Source of the DNA: Candidatus Binataceae bacterium | GTDB taxonomy: Bacteria > Desulfobacterota > Binatia > Binatales > Binataceae | Length of the DNA: 64,000 bases | Assembly (NCBI GenBank): GCA_030041155.1 | Contig: JASHOJ010000078.1 | Span: 751 to 64,750 of the forward strand | Direction: 5' to 3' | Shown here: one piece after another, positions 9,557 through 19,833 of the stretch | Layout of the letters: the number at the start of each line of letters is the position of its first letter | Numbering within the stretch: the first letter of the stretch is position 1 | Made by a program: the position numbers and the translations under genes | Notes under the pieces: generated by a model | Database searches by the model: none | Told to the model about the DNA's origin: nothing | Seen by the model: only the letters and a program-made list of their open reading frames with translations

Positions 9557-10423
9557 TCACAGCTTCGCCAGGACCTCGCTCGCCAGCTTTTCGAGTCCGC
9601 GGGTCAGGCTTTCCTTGTCATTGCCCGGCGGCGCTACAACCACCCGCTTGATGCCCATGTCGCGCTGCGCTTTCAGCAGGTCGAGCTTAGGAGCGCCCAT
9701 GCATGACAGCTCGATCGCGGCTGGATTGCGCCCGGCCTTGCGCGCCTCCGCTTCGACCATCGCAAACAACTCCTTGAGCTTCGACGGGTCGCCGATCGCC
9801 GGAAAAAATCCGTCGCCGAACCGGCCGGCGCGCCGCGCCGCTGCCGGCGAATGTCCGCCCACGATTATGGGCACGGTTTTTCGCACCGGCTTGGGAAAGC
9901 ATTTCACCGGACCGAAATTGAAATGCTTGCCGTGAAAAGATGACGCGCCATCACTCCATAGCGATCGCATCGCCTGGATCGCTTCGTCGGTGCGCCTGCC
10001 GCGCTGATGGAAATCGAGCCCGAGCGCCTGAAACTCCTCTTCCAGCCATCCGCTGCCGATTCCAAACAGCACGCGCCCGCCCGACAGCACGTCAAGCGTC
10101 GCCACCTGCTTTGCCACATACAGCGGATGCCGCTGCGGAAGAATCAGCACGCCGGTGCCGAGCTTGAGATTTTTTGTGATCGCGGCCGCATACGCGAGTG
10201 GCAGCAGCGGGTCGGGTATCGGAACCTCTTCGGGCCCGGGAATTTTGCCGCTTTGCGAGTACGGGTACGGCGATTTGTAATCCTGCGGAATAACCACGTG
10301 CTCGACTGTCCAAATCGATTCGAAGCCGCATCGCTCCGCGGTTTGCGCAAGATGCGCAAACAGTTGCGGATCGGAAAATGGCCCCGAGTTGGCGAACATC
10401 AGACCGACATTCAATGACGGCAT
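9557..10423 (-). CDS. LLM class oxidoreductase, probably F420-dependent (Rv2161c-like)
   Basis: GFESIWTVEHVVIP, LGTGVLILPQRHP, ATLDVLSGGR, GGHSPAAARRA; cofactor inferred. Confidence 0.85.
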   Translation of the reverse strand: MPSLNVGLMFANSGPFSDPQLFAHLAQTAERCGFESIWTVEHVVIPQDYKSPYPYSQSGKIPGPEEVPIPDPLLPLAYAAAITKNLKLGTGVLILPQRHPLYVAKQVATLDVLSGGRVLFGIGSGWLEEEFQALGLDFHQRGRRTDEAIQAMRSLWSDGASSFHGKHFNFGPVKCFPKPVRKTVPIIVGGHSPAAARRAGRFGDGFFPAIGDPSKLKELFAMVEAEARKAGRNPAAIELSCMGAPKLDLLKAQRDMGIKRVVVAPPGNDKESLTRGLEKLASEVLAKL

Positions 10424-10547
10424 GGCGCAATCGACCTCGCGCGCTCGATTTTTTCGCTGCGGCGCGCTTTCAATCTATCGCGCGTGCCTGCCCGATGAAA
10501 AACGCTTTTCGCTTGTCCCGATGCGCGGACACAGCTAATGGTTGCTC

Positions 10548-11438
10548 ATGGAACTCGGAAAAGTCGGAATGTGGTTCTTCCTGGACGCGATGACCGCGCA
10601 AGAGAGCGCCGCGTACACGAAGAAAGTCGAAAGCGCCGGATACAAGACCATGTGGATTCCAGAAGCGGTCGGACGCGAACCGTTCGCGCACGCCGCTTAT
10701 CTGCTGTCCCATACCGATCGCCTGAACCTCGCCACTGGAATCGCGAATATCTGGGCGCGCGACGCGGTGACCATGTCCGCGGCGGCAAAAACCGTGGCTG
10801 AGCTTTCCGGTGGCCGATTTCTGCTCGGGATTGGCGTAAGCCACAAACCGCTGGTCACCAATCTACGCGGCCATGCCTATGAAAAGCCCTACAGCTACAT
10901 GAAGGAATACCTGCCCAAGCTGAAAGCGGCCCGCTATTTCGCTCCGATGCCAAAGGAGCCGGTGCCGATAGTGCTGGCGGCGCTGCATCCGAAAATGCTC
11001 AAGCTTGCCGCGACCGAAGCCGACGGAACCCATACCTATTTCGTTCCGCCGGAGCATACCGCGAAGGCGCGCGCCGCAATCGGACCCAAGCCGCTCATCT
11101 GCGCCGCGCAGGCGATTATCCTCGAAACCGACGCATCCAAGGCGCGAGCTGCCGCGCGCGAGTATATGAAGACCTACGTTCCGCGCCTGCCCAACTACAC
11201 GAACAATCTGAAGGCGCTCGGATGGGCCGACGCGGAGTTCGAAAACGGATGCAGCGATCGGCTGGTCGATGCGATTGTCGCGTGGGGAACCGAGGACAAG
11301 ATCCGCGACCGTATCGAGGCGCATCTGAAAGCGGGCGCGTCGCAGGTGTGTATCCTGCCGATTCGCGCGGACAACGCTGCCCTGCCCGACATGCGCGCGG
11401 TTGAGGCGTTCGGCAAGCTCGCGCAGTCAAAGAGATAG
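10548..11438 (+). CDS. LLM class oxidoreductase, probably F420-dependent (MSMEG_4141-like)
   Basis: WIPEAVGREPF, ATGIANIWARD, GRFLLGIGVSH, LAALHPKMLKLA, LPNYTNNL. Confidence 0.87.
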   Translation: MELGKVGMWFFLDAMTAQESAAYTKKVESAGYKTMWIPEAVGREPFAHAAYLLSHTDRLNLATGIANIWARDAVTMSAAAKTVAELSGGRFLLGIGVSHKPLVTNLRGHAYEKPYSYMKEYLPKLKAARYFAPMPKEPVPIVLAALHPKMLKLAATEADGTHTYFVPPEHTAKARAAIGPKPLICAAQAIILETDASKARAAAREYMKTYVPRLPNYTNNLKALGWADAEFENGCSDRLVDAIVAWGTEDKIRDRIEAHLKAGASQVCILPIRADNAALPDMRAVEAFGKLAQSKR

Positions 11439-11490
11439 ACGGCGCGCTGATTTCACCCGCAAGACGACCAGACCAGGAGAATCGCCCGCG

Positions 11491-11991
11491 ATGCGCACAC
11501 CGCCTGCACGCCGCCTCACACCGATAACCGCGCTGCTCTTGCCTGTAACCGCGCTGCTCTTGCCTATAACCGCGCTGCTCGTGCTTTCCGTCGCGCTGTC
11601 GGGATGCTTCCTGTCCGGGCAGGAGCAGCAGGCCGAGCGGGCCGAGGACGCTGCGTCAAAAGCGCAGGAGTCCGCCGCGCGTGCCGAAGACGCGGCGGCC
11701 AAGGCTCTGGTTTCCGCGCAGCAGGCGTCAGTAGCCGCGGATAAGGCCGCGGCCGCGGTCGAGGACGCGACGCGAGAACTCAATCAAGCCTCCGATCGTC
11801 TGGAGCAGATGCAACGGCGGCGCGAAGCAGCAACGCGGCATCGGCGCCGTCGGGTTGCGGCACGAAAACCGTCCGCGCCCGCCGCGATGGCCTCGAACGC
11901 GGCCCCGGCGACCGCGGCCGGCGCCGTATCCACACCATCCGCCGCGCCGAAAACACCGCCCGCCGCCGCGTCCGCGCCGCCCGCGGATTAG
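11491..11991 (+). CDS. Ala-rich coiled-coil lipoprotein (alanine-zipper-like) with basic and Pro/Ala tail
   Basis: RBS AGGAGA; lipobox LSGC; repeated RAEDAA segments; RHRRRR then PAA-rich tail. Confidence 0.7.
   Translation: MRTPPARRLTPITALLLPVTALLLPITALLVLSVALSGCFLSGQEQQAERAEDAASKAQESAARAEDAAAKALVSAQQASVAADKAAAAVEDATRELNQASDRLEQMQRRREAATRHRRRRVAARKPSAPAAMASNAAPATAAGAVSTPSAAPKTPPAAASAPPAD
11521..11583 (+). repeat. Three 21-bp tandem repeats inside the lipoprotein signal peptide
   Basis: CCGATAACCGCGCTGCTCTTG / CCTGTAACCGCGCTGCTCTTG / CCTATAACCGCGCTGCTCGTG encoding PITALLL-PVTALLL-PITALLV. Confidence 0.92.
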
Positions 11992-12056
11992 TGGCGGGTA
12001 ATCTCCTGCCAATCCCGCTAGAATAATTGTCCAGGCAAGGGCCTGGACGAAACCCT

Positions 12057-13058
12057 GTGGCGGAACCATCGCGCAAGAAAACCGACGCCGAGATTCGCGC
12101 GGAAATCGCCGCGACCCCGATCAGGCGGCATGCATGGATCAATATCGCAGGCCCGATCTGCGCGGTGATCCTGGGAATCATCTGCGCCGCGTTTTATCTG
12201 AAACCAATCGGCACGCTCAGATGGGTTCAGCAGACGCGGCTTGCATGGAGCGGCGTCACCCAGAATGAAATCGCGCTGGACGACGGCCTGATGACCTACT
12301 ACATCACCGGCGGCTACTGGGACCAGGACCCGGTGGTGATGGTGCACGGGCTCGGGCCGAACGCGGCGCTGGTATGGCGCGGCGTGATCGAGCCGATCTC
12401 CACCGCGCATTACAAAGTGGTCGCGCCCAATCTGTTCGGTTTCGCTTCATCGGAACACAAGCAGGTGAACTACACCATCGCATACCAGGCGGGCGCGCTC
12501 GCCCAATTGATCGACAAACTCCAGATCGAGCACGTCAACCTGATCGGCTCCGACCTGGGCGCCGACGTGGTGCTCTATTACGCGGTCGAGCATCCGAACA
12601 ACGTCGAGCGGATAATCCTGGTCAACGGCGGACTCTTCGGCTCCTCCGGCGCCGAGCGGCTGCGCAAGGGAATGCTCCCGACCACGCCCGACGAAATGCA
12701 GCAATACGTCGCGCAGAGCTTTTTCGATCTGCCGCCGATGCCGCAGTTCATGAACGACCGGATGCTCGCGGCGCTGGCCGACGATCGGCAGGCGCAGACC
12801 GACATGTTGAACTCGATCCCTCGCGACGAGGCGCACATCCGCTCCAAGCTCGGGCAAATCTTCAACACGCTTACGATCGTGCTCTACAGCGGGCACGATC
12901 CGTATTACTCGCCGGGGCAGGCGGAGGCCCTGCATTCGGCGCTGCCGGGATCGGCCACTGTGAAGTTCAAGACTTCAGGCGCGTTTCCACAGCTCGAGTA
13001 TCCCGATGACTTCACCGAGTCGGTGGTTTTCATCCTGAAGCAAACAGAAGGCAGCTAA
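12057..13058 (+). CDS. Membrane-anchored alpha/beta hydrolase fold protein with atypical catalytic residues
   Basis: N-terminal TM; VMVHGLG; APNLFGFASS; nucleophile elbow GSDLG; C-terminal SGAFPQLEYP. Start (GTG 12057) uncertain. Confidence 0.82.
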   Translation: MAEPSRKKTDAEIRAEIAATPIRRHAWINIAGPICAVILGIICAAFYLKPIGTLRWVQQTRLAWSGVTQNEIALDDGLMTYYITGGYWDQDPVVMVHGLGPNAALVWRGVIEPISTAHYKVVAPNLFGFASSEHKQVNYTIAYQAGALAQLIDKLQIEHVNLIGSDLGADVVLYYAVEHPNNVERIILVNGGLFGSSGAERLRKGMLPTTPDEMQQYVAQSFFDLPPMPQFMNDRMLAALADDRQAQTDMLNSIPRDEAHIRSKLGQIFNTLTIVLYSGHDPYYSPGQAEALHSALPGSATVKFKTSGAFPQLEYPDDFTESVVFILKQTEGS

Positions 13059-13246
13059 GTCTCGGACACTTCTCGCGACCGCCGACAAAGAGCATCCTCT
13101 GCGCCGCGGCACTGTTTGTCGTTCTCGCGCATCTCAAGTTGTTCCGGCGCGCGAGGAATCCCGGCGCCGACGTCTTATCGAGTTGTATTTGCACTCGCAA
13201 TGTAATAATTATTTCCTTAATCCTCTTTCGCTGGAGCGTAAATCCA

Positions 13247-13645
13247 ATGAGTTCAATCGTGCCCAACCCGGATGCTTTCCAGGCGCTCGCCGCCGACCCC
13301 GACCAGGGCCCGCTCGTGATGCTCAATCTGCTCAAATTCAAGCCGCGCGCCGACGGCGAAGCCGGATCCGGCGCCGACGCATACCGCCGCTATGGAGAGG
13401 CGGCGCAAAAGATGATCGAAGCGCGCGGCGGCCGCGTGCTATGGATGGGCCGTCCCGCGCATCTGCTGGTCGGCGAGGAAAGCGACCGATGGGACGCGGT
13501 CGCGATCGTTCAGTATCCGAGTCCGCGGGCATTCATGGAGATGGTCACGAGCACCGATTACCAGCGCATTCATGCGCATCGCGAGGCCGGCCTCGAACGC
13601 ACCGCACTAATCGCCTGCCGCACGATCACCACGATTCAAGGCTGA
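13247..13645 (+). CDS. DUF1330-like dimeric alpha/beta barrel protein
   Basis: GPLVMLNLLKFK, DAYRRYG, WDAVAIVQYPS, YQRIHAHREAGL. Confidence 0.8.
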   Translation: MSSIVPNPDAFQALAADPDQGPLVMLNLLKFKPRADGEAGSGADAYRRYGEAAQKMIEARGGRVLWMGRPAHLLVGEESDRWDAVAIVQYPSPRAFMEMVTSTDYQRIHAHREAGLERTALIACRTITTIQG

Positions 13646-13673
13646 ATTCTTCTGAACTCTTCGCGGGGAACCG

Positions 13674-15251
13674 ATGGGACGGAAAATCCTGTTCATCACC
13701 ACCGACCAGCAGCGCTACGATGCGCTGAGATGCAACGGCGGCAGGATCGCGCGCACGCCTACTGCCGACGCGCTCGCGGCGCACGGCATCAATTATCGCC
13801 GCGCTTACAATCAGAACACCGTCTGCACGCCCGCGCGCTCCACGATGATCACCGGGCAGTACGTGCGCACGCACGGCGTTACCGCCAACGGCGTTCCGCT
13901 TCCCGCCGATGCGCCGAGCGTCGCAGCGCTGCTGCACGAACGCGCGGGCTATCGCACCGCGCTTATCGGCAAGGCGCACTTCGAGCCGCTGTTCGATCCC
14001 GCGCAGCGTTTTTTCGAAAATCGAATGGCCGACGAGGGGAAATTCGGTCCGTACCGCGGCTTCGAGTACATGGAACTCGCGATGCACGGGCCGCTTGGCC
14101 GGTGGCACTATACGAAATGGCTGCGCGAGAACTTTCCGCGCGAGGCCGATGGCTTCCTGGTCATGATGCGCTCGGGGCCAGGCGGCGACACCGGCGCTAT
14201 CGAGACGAATTACAATCCGGTGCCGCGCGGCCATTACCATACAGATTGGATTGCGGACCGCACTATCGCCTACATGGATCGGCTCGCGGCCGACGACGAC
14301 TGGTTCATCTGGATGAGTTTTCCCGACCCGCATCATCCGTGGGACCCGCCCGAAAGCGAAGCACGCCGCATCAACTGGCGCGACCTGGATCTTCCGCCTG
14401 GGCATCCGGGCTCTCGCGAGAAGATCGAAAAAATCCTCGCGCAGAAGCCGCGCCATTGGCTCGACTGGTACCAGGGGCGCTATCGCAATGACGAAGGCGG
14501 TCCGATGGCTTTCGTGCCGTGCGAGATGACTCACGACCAGGTGCGGGAAATCAATGCGCTGATCCACGTTAAGAACGAACTTATCGATGAGGCGTGCGGG
14601 CGCGTGATCAAACGGATCGCCGAGCGCGGATGGGATCGCGACACCGACATCTTTTTCACCACCGATCACGGCGAACTGCAGGGGGACTTTGGCCTGTTGT
14701 TCAAGGGACCGTACCACGTCGATGCGCTGATGCGGGTGCCGCTTATCTGGCGGCCGGCGCCGTCGGCAAACGTCGCGCCGGCGCAGATTTCGGATCCAGT
14801 GGGGCACGTCGATCTGGCGCCGACCTTCTGCGAGATCGCCGGAGTGCCGCGCGCCGAATGGATGCAGGGCGCGCCACTGCCGCGTTCTTCAAACTCAGGC
14901 CGCCAGCGCGCGATCACCGAATGGGACAGCCAATTCGCGCAAATCGGGATGCATCTGCGGTCGATCTATCGCGACGGATGGATGCTCACGGCGTACGAAA
15001 AATCGACCCGCGATATCGGCTTCGATCTGTCGTTCCTTTACCGGGCGTTGCAGGAAAAGCGCCCGCTGCCGGATATCCGCTACGACGGCACCGAGGGCGA
15101 ACTCTACAATCTTACCGAAGACCCGCACCAGTGGCGCAATTTGTGGAACGATCCCGCGCGAGCAAAAATCAAGTCGGACCTGATCGCCGATCTCTACGAC
15201 AATCTTCCGCCCGCGCGCGTTCCAGCGCTCGCGGTTGAAGCGCCTGCCTGA
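13674..15251 (+). CDS. Cys-type (formylglycine) sulfatase family protein
   Basis: ILFITTDQQR, CTPARS (CxPxR), IGKAH, SFPDPHHP, FTTDHGE. Confidence 0.93.
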   Translation: MGRKILFITTDQQRYDALRCNGGRIARTPTADALAAHGINYRRAYNQNTVCTPARSTMITGQYVRTHGVTANGVPLPADAPSVAALLHERAGYRTALIGKAHFEPLFDPAQRFFENRMADEGKFGPYRGFEYMELAMHGPLGRWHYTKWLRENFPREADGFLVMMRSGPGGDTGAIETNYNPVPRGHYHTDWIADRTIAYMDRLAADDDWFIWMSFPDPHHPWDPPESEARRINWRDLDLPPGHPGSREKIEKILAQKPRHWLDWYQGRYRNDEGGPMAFVPCEMTHDQVREINALIHVKNELIDEACGRVIKRIAERGWDRDTDIFFTTDHGELQGDFGLLFKGPYHVDALMRVPLIWRPAPSANVAPAQISDPVGHVDLAPTFCEIAGVPRAEWMQGAPLPRSSNSGRQRAITEWDSQFAQIGMHLRSIYRDGWMLTAYEKSTRDIGFDLSFLYRALQEKRPLPDIRYDGTEGELYNLTEDPHQWRNLWNDPARAKIKSDLIADLYDNLPPARVPALAVEAPA

Positions 15252-15252
15252 A

Positions 15253-15858
15253 TTATCTTCGCGCCTTTACGATCGCGAGCGGCGCCTGCTCCCATGCGCA
15301 CTCCACGGATTCAAACCCCGCCTGCTTAATCGCGCTCAGATGCTTCTCAACCCCGCCCGCGACCGCGAATAAATCGCAATCCAGAAATAGAGCGCCGGGT
15401 TTCAGAATCCGGCGGATGCCGCGATAGCATTCCTCGATAAATTTCATCCCGCGCAAATTGTGAATCGCAATTGCCGAGACCGCGAGATCGAAGCTCTTGC
15501 CAATCCTATCCGGCCATGACTTGTCGCACAGGTCGGATTGCACGAAATCTACCCGATCCGCATGCGCCGAAAGCCGCGTCCGGGCCCGCGCGAGCATCGG
15601 CTCCGAGTAATCCTGCAGCGTCACGCGCGCATGCGGAAACGCGCCGAGCACTTCCTCGGTGACCACGCCGTAGCCGCCGCCAACGTCGAGGACTGAGATC
15701 GCGGCGTCGCGCTGACACTCAGCAAGCGCGAGCATCCTGCGCAGAATCGGACGGCGCTGCGCGTCGCGCTGGATGTCCTTGTCGATCCATTGCTGGACGT
15801 ACGTTTCGGAATGCCAGTCATGCTCTGTAACCGAAATGTCTTCGCGTTTCTTTTCCAT
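15253..15858 (-). CDS. Class I SAM-dependent methyltransferase
   Basis: VLDVGGGYG, QDYSEPML, FDLAVSAIAIHNL, ILKPGALF; RBS GGAGG. Confidence 0.88.
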   Translation of the reverse strand: MEKKREDISVTEHDWHSETYVQQWIDKDIQRDAQRRPILRRMLALAECQRDAAISVLDVGGGYGVVTEEVLGAFPHARVTLQDYSEPMLARARTRLSAHADRVDFVQSDLCDKSWPDRIGKSFDLAVSAIAIHNLRGMKFIEECYRGIRRILKPGALFLDCDLFAVAGGVEKHLSAIKQAGFESVECAWEQAPLAIVKARR

Positions 15859-16072
15859 CGCGAAACCTCCTCGCGCCGGTCGCGGGCGGTAAACCGCGTG
15901 CGGCATGCCAATGGACCACGAAAGCGCCTGAAGTTATCGACATGCTTCACCATCGCGCCGCACGATCGCATTCCGATCTTCATCGCGAGCTAATTTTCCT
16001 TTCACAAAACTCCTTTATACGCCGTAGCGCAGAGTTGAAAACGGCAGCACCGCTGCCCTTTTGGGAGGACAT

Positions 16073-17710
16073 ATGCGCCATCGACAGAAGTTCAAGAGAA
16101 TCGTCGCGACAGCCACCAGCGCGGCCCTTCTGTGCCTGACCAGCGGCATCGCCGCGGCACGGCCCGGAAGCAGTCCCAAAGAGCCGCCCACCGCAACTCC
16201 GATCAAGCATCTGGTCGTCATCTTTCAGGAAAACGTCTCCTTCGATCACTACTTTGCAACCTATCCTATCGCGGCTAACCCCTCCGGCGAGCCGCGGTTC
16301 AATGCCGCGGCGGGGACGCCAACCGTTAATGGACTCAGCGGAGGACTTCTGACCAACAACCCGAATCTCCTGAACGCAACCAACGGCACCGGCGCCACGA
16401 ACCCGTTCCGGCTCGATCGATCGCAGGCGGCAACCGCCGACCAAGATCATGATTACGAGCCCGAGCAGGAAGCATTCGATCACGGCCTGATGGATTTGTT
16501 TCCGTTTTCGGTCGGCACCGCCGGCACTCCGCCCAACCCGCCGCCGAACGCGGTCACCACGACCGGCCTGACGATGGGTTACTTTGACGGCAACACCGTG
16601 ACCGCGCTCTGGAATTACGCGCAGAACTTCGCGCTGAACGATAACGCGTACGGTACCACCTTCGGCCCGTCCTCGCCTGGCGCGATCAATCTGATCTCCG
16701 GTCAGACCAACGGAGCGATTCCGGGAAAAAATATCAGCGCGGTCACCGTACCCAACACCGACGGCTCCTTTACTCTTATCAGCGACGCCGACCCGTCGGG
16801 CGACGTTTGCTCGACGTCGAGCAACCAGGTTTCCATCACCGGCTTAAATATCGGCAACCTGCTCAGCGACGCGGATATCACCTGGGGATGGTTTCAAGGC
16901 GGTTTCGATCTGAGCCTCAAAAACGCGAACGGAACCACCGGATGCATGCGCAGCACCACCTCGCAAGTAACCGGCGAAACCGAGAACGACTACATTCAGC
17001 ATCACGAACCTTTTCAGTTCTACGCCTCGACCGCCAATCTGACTCATGCCCGTCCTTCCTCGCTGGCGGCAATCGGCAGCAACAACGACGGCGCAAATCA
17101 CCAGTACGACATCAATGACTTTTTCAGCGCGGTCAGCGCCGGCAATTTTCCCGCTGTCAGCTTTCTCAAAGCGCCCGGCTACGAGGACGGCCACGCGGGA
17201 TACTCGGATCCGCTGGACGAGCAGACCTTTATCGTGAACGTGATCAACTTTCTTGAAACCCAGCCGGAATGGGACGAGACCGCGGTCGTAATCAACTGGG
17301 ACGACTCCGACGGATGGTACGATCATCAGATCGGGCCGATCCTCAACCAATCGACCAGCGCCTCCGACGCGCTCACCGCGCCCGGCGCCTGCGGCAACGG
17401 CGATAGCGCCCTGCCGGGCGTAAATGCTGCGCTTGATCATGCGCAGGGGCGATGCGGCTACGGCCCGCGTATCCCGATGTTGGTCATCTCACCGTACGCT
17501 CGCGTCAACTTTGTCGATCACACACCCCTCAGCCAGACTTCGATCATCCATTTCGTCGAGGACAACTGGCTCGGCGGCGCGCGTATCGGGCAGGGTTCCT
17601 ACGATGCGATCACCAACTCGATTGACGGAATGTTCAACTTCAATCAGCGTCAGCTCGCCGGCACTCTGTTCCTGGATCCGGATTCCGGCGAGCCGGCGAA
17701 GGGTCATTGA
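16073..17710 (+). CDS. Secreted phospholipase C / AcpA-type phosphoesterase
   Basis: Signal peptide; IKHLVVIFQENVSFDHYF; WDDSDGWYDH; GPRIPMLVISPYA. Confidence 0.92.
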   Translation: MRHRQKFKRIVATATSAALLCLTSGIAAARPGSSPKEPPTATPIKHLVVIFQENVSFDHYFATYPIAANPSGEPRFNAAAGTPTVNGLSGGLLTNNPNLLNATNGTGATNPFRLDRSQAATADQDHDYEPEQEAFDHGLMDLFPFSVGTAGTPPNPPPNAVTTTGLTMGYFDGNTVTALWNYAQNFALNDNAYGTTFGPSSPGAINLISGQTNGAIPGKNISAVTVPNTDGSFTLISDADPSGDVCSTSSNQVSITGLNIGNLLSDADITWGWFQGGFDLSLKNANGTTGCMRSTTSQVTGETENDYIQHHEPFQFYASTANLTHARPSSLAAIGSNNDGANHQYDINDFFSAVSAGNFPAVSFLKAPGYEDGHAGYSDPLDEQTFIVNVINFLETQPEWDETAVVINWDDSDGWYDHQIGPILNQSTSASDALTAPGACGNGDSALPGVNAALDHAQGRCGYGPRIPMLVISPYARVNFVDHTPLSQTSIIHFVEDNWLGGARIGQGSYDAITNSIDGMFNFNQRQLAGTLFLDPDSGEPAKGH

Positions 17711-17875
17711 TGCTGGCGGGCGGGGCCAATAAATCGCGAGAGCTGTAGCATCGGCCCGCACGCTCGATAAATGAGTAAGGCGAAGCGGCGGAGGGCGCGC
17801 TCTAAGCGTGTCCTCCGCATTTTGCCACTTGCGCATTTTTCCTTCTGCGCACTCTGCAATTTATGAGAATAGACT

Positions 17876-19561
17876 TTGAAATCGAAAACTGAATTGATCA
17901 CGCGCCGGAAGTTCCTGCGCGATACCGCGCTGGCCGGCGCCGCGGCGATTGCCACCGGCGCAAGCCTGACAATTTATCCCGGGCACGTCTTCTCACAATC
18001 CGTCTTTCCTAAATCCGTTCTGCCGCAGCCTGTTTTCCGCTCGATGCTCAATGCGAACAAGCTGGCGCGATTCGTCGATCCGCTGCCCATTCCACCTCGC
18101 GCCAGAAGCAAGGGATCGCGACCCAGTCCGCAAAACCCTTCTACCCGCCTGCCGTACTATCGGCTCGAGATGCGCGAGTTCCAAACCCGGCTTCACCGCG
18201 ATCTGAAGCCCACGCGCCAATGGGGCTTCGAAGGCGTTGCGCCCGGTCCGATTTTCGAAGTGCAAGGCGGACAGGAAATCCTGGTCGAATGGGTCAACCG
18301 CCTGCCCGCCGTTCACTTTCTGCCAATCGATCACTCGATCGCGGGCGCAGAAGCGAAGACACCCAGCGTCCGCACGGTCGTGCATCTGCACGGCGCTAAA
18401 ACGCCGCCGGCGAGCGACGGCTTTCCGGAAGACTGGTTCCAGCCCGGAGCGTCGGCGCTCTGTCATTATCCAAATCAACAGGACGCCGCGATGCTCTGGT
18501 ATCACGACCACGCGATGGGGATTAATCGCCTCAACATCTATGCGGGATTGGTTGGAGCGTACGTGATTCGGGACGACGTGGAAACGGCGCTCAAGCTTCC
18601 CGCCGGCCCTTACGAAATTCCGCTGGTGATCTACGATCGATCCTTCGACCCGCAGGGGGCGCTCTATTACCCGGTCTCCGGCAAACCCGGCCATCCGTGG
18701 GTGTCCGAATTTTATGGCGATGCGATGCTCGTCAACGGCAAGGTGTTTCCCTATCTGGAAGTCGAGCCGCGCAAGTATCGCTTCCGAGTCCTGAATGCGG
18801 CCAACGCCCGCGACTTCAACCTGACGCTTTCAAAAAGCCTGCCGATTTATCAGATCGGAACCGATTTGGGCTTGTTGCCGGCGCCGGTGCCCATCAAAAA
18901 TCTGGAGCTGTTTCCCGGCGAGCGCGCCGACTTGATCGTCGATTTCGCGGGCAATTCGGGCCACTCAATCGTGCTTAAAGACGAAAGCATCGAGGTGATG
19001 CAGTTTCGCGTCGGCCACGGTTCTGCCGGCAAAGACTTTTCTCTGCCCGCGACGCTTCGCCCGGTCACCAAATTGCGTGAGACCGACGCCGTCAAGAGCC
19101 GAGAGCTGACGCTGGTTGAGTACAACACATTTGGCGGCAGTTCGTTGGTGATGCTGTTGAACGATACCCATTGGCATATGCCAATTACCGAGAAGCCGGT
19201 GCTCAATTCCGTCGAAATCTGGAACTTGATCAATCTGACCGAGGATGCGCACCCGATTCATCTGCATCTGGTGCGCATGCAGATTCTCGATCGCCGACCC
19301 TTCGATCAGTTCGCCTTCACCATGCACCACAAGCTTCGCTTTCTCGGTCCTCCAATTCCGCCCGCGCCCAACGAAGCGGGATGGAAAGATACCGTTCGAT
19401 GCGAATCGGGAATGGTGACGCGCATTATCGCGCGGTTCGAAGGCTACCCCGGCCGCTACGTCTGGCACTGCCATATTCTAGAGCACGAGGATAACGAGAT
19501 GATGCGCCCGTACGAAGTGATTACTCCGCAGCAGGCCGCTCGCGAACTTGCCTCACGCTGA
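17876..19561 (+). CDS. Tat-exported multicopper oxidase (CotA/bilirubin oxidase-like)
   Basis: TRRKFL Tat motif; Cu motifs VHLHG, WYHDH, HPIHLH, WHCHILEHEDNEMM. Confidence 0.94.
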   Translation: MKSKTELITRRKFLRDTALAGAAAIATGASLTIYPGHVFSQSVFPKSVLPQPVFRSMLNANKLARFVDPLPIPPRARSKGSRPSPQNPSTRLPYYRLEMREFQTRLHRDLKPTRQWGFEGVAPGPIFEVQGGQEILVEWVNRLPAVHFLPIDHSIAGAEAKTPSVRTVVHLHGAKTPPASDGFPEDWFQPGASALCHYPNQQDAAMLWYHDHAMGINRLNIYAGLVGAYVIRDDVETALKLPAGPYEIPLVIYDRSFDPQGALYYPVSGKPGHPWVSEFYGDAMLVNGKVFPYLEVEPRKYRFRVLNAANARDFNLTLSKSLPIYQIGTDLGLLPAPVPIKNLELFPGERADLIVDFAGNSGHSIVLKDESIEVMQFRVGHGSAGKDFSLPATLRPVTKLRETDAVKSRELTLVEYNTFGGSSLVMLLNDTHWHMPITEKPVLNSVEIWNLINLTEDAHPIHLHLVRMQILDRRPFDQFAFTMHHKLRFLGPPIPPAPNEAGWKDTVRCESGMVTRIIARFEGYPGRYVWHCHILEHEDNEMMRPYEVITPQQAARELASR

Positions 19562-19833
19562 TCCCGCTCAGGCGGGATTATCGGCGGTAAAACGGCGCGA
19601 TTTTGCGCAGGCCACGATTTGGATGTCGATCGATCGAAGGCCGAATCGCGGATGGCAAAAGTGCATGAATTTCAGGCACTATTCGCGTGGATCGGGCTGG
19701 GTCGGCTACCTAACGACTGTTAGGTTTTTTGCCAATTTTGTTCATGGCTGAACTGTTCAGCCTTACGCAATCAGCATCGATACGCTAAGGTGTGCGGCGA
19801 TGAACCACGGCGAAAAAACAGGACAATTTTGAG

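Noticed and set aside
11521-11583. CRISPR array
   Set aside because: Contiguous in-frame repeats with no spacers and no cas genes.
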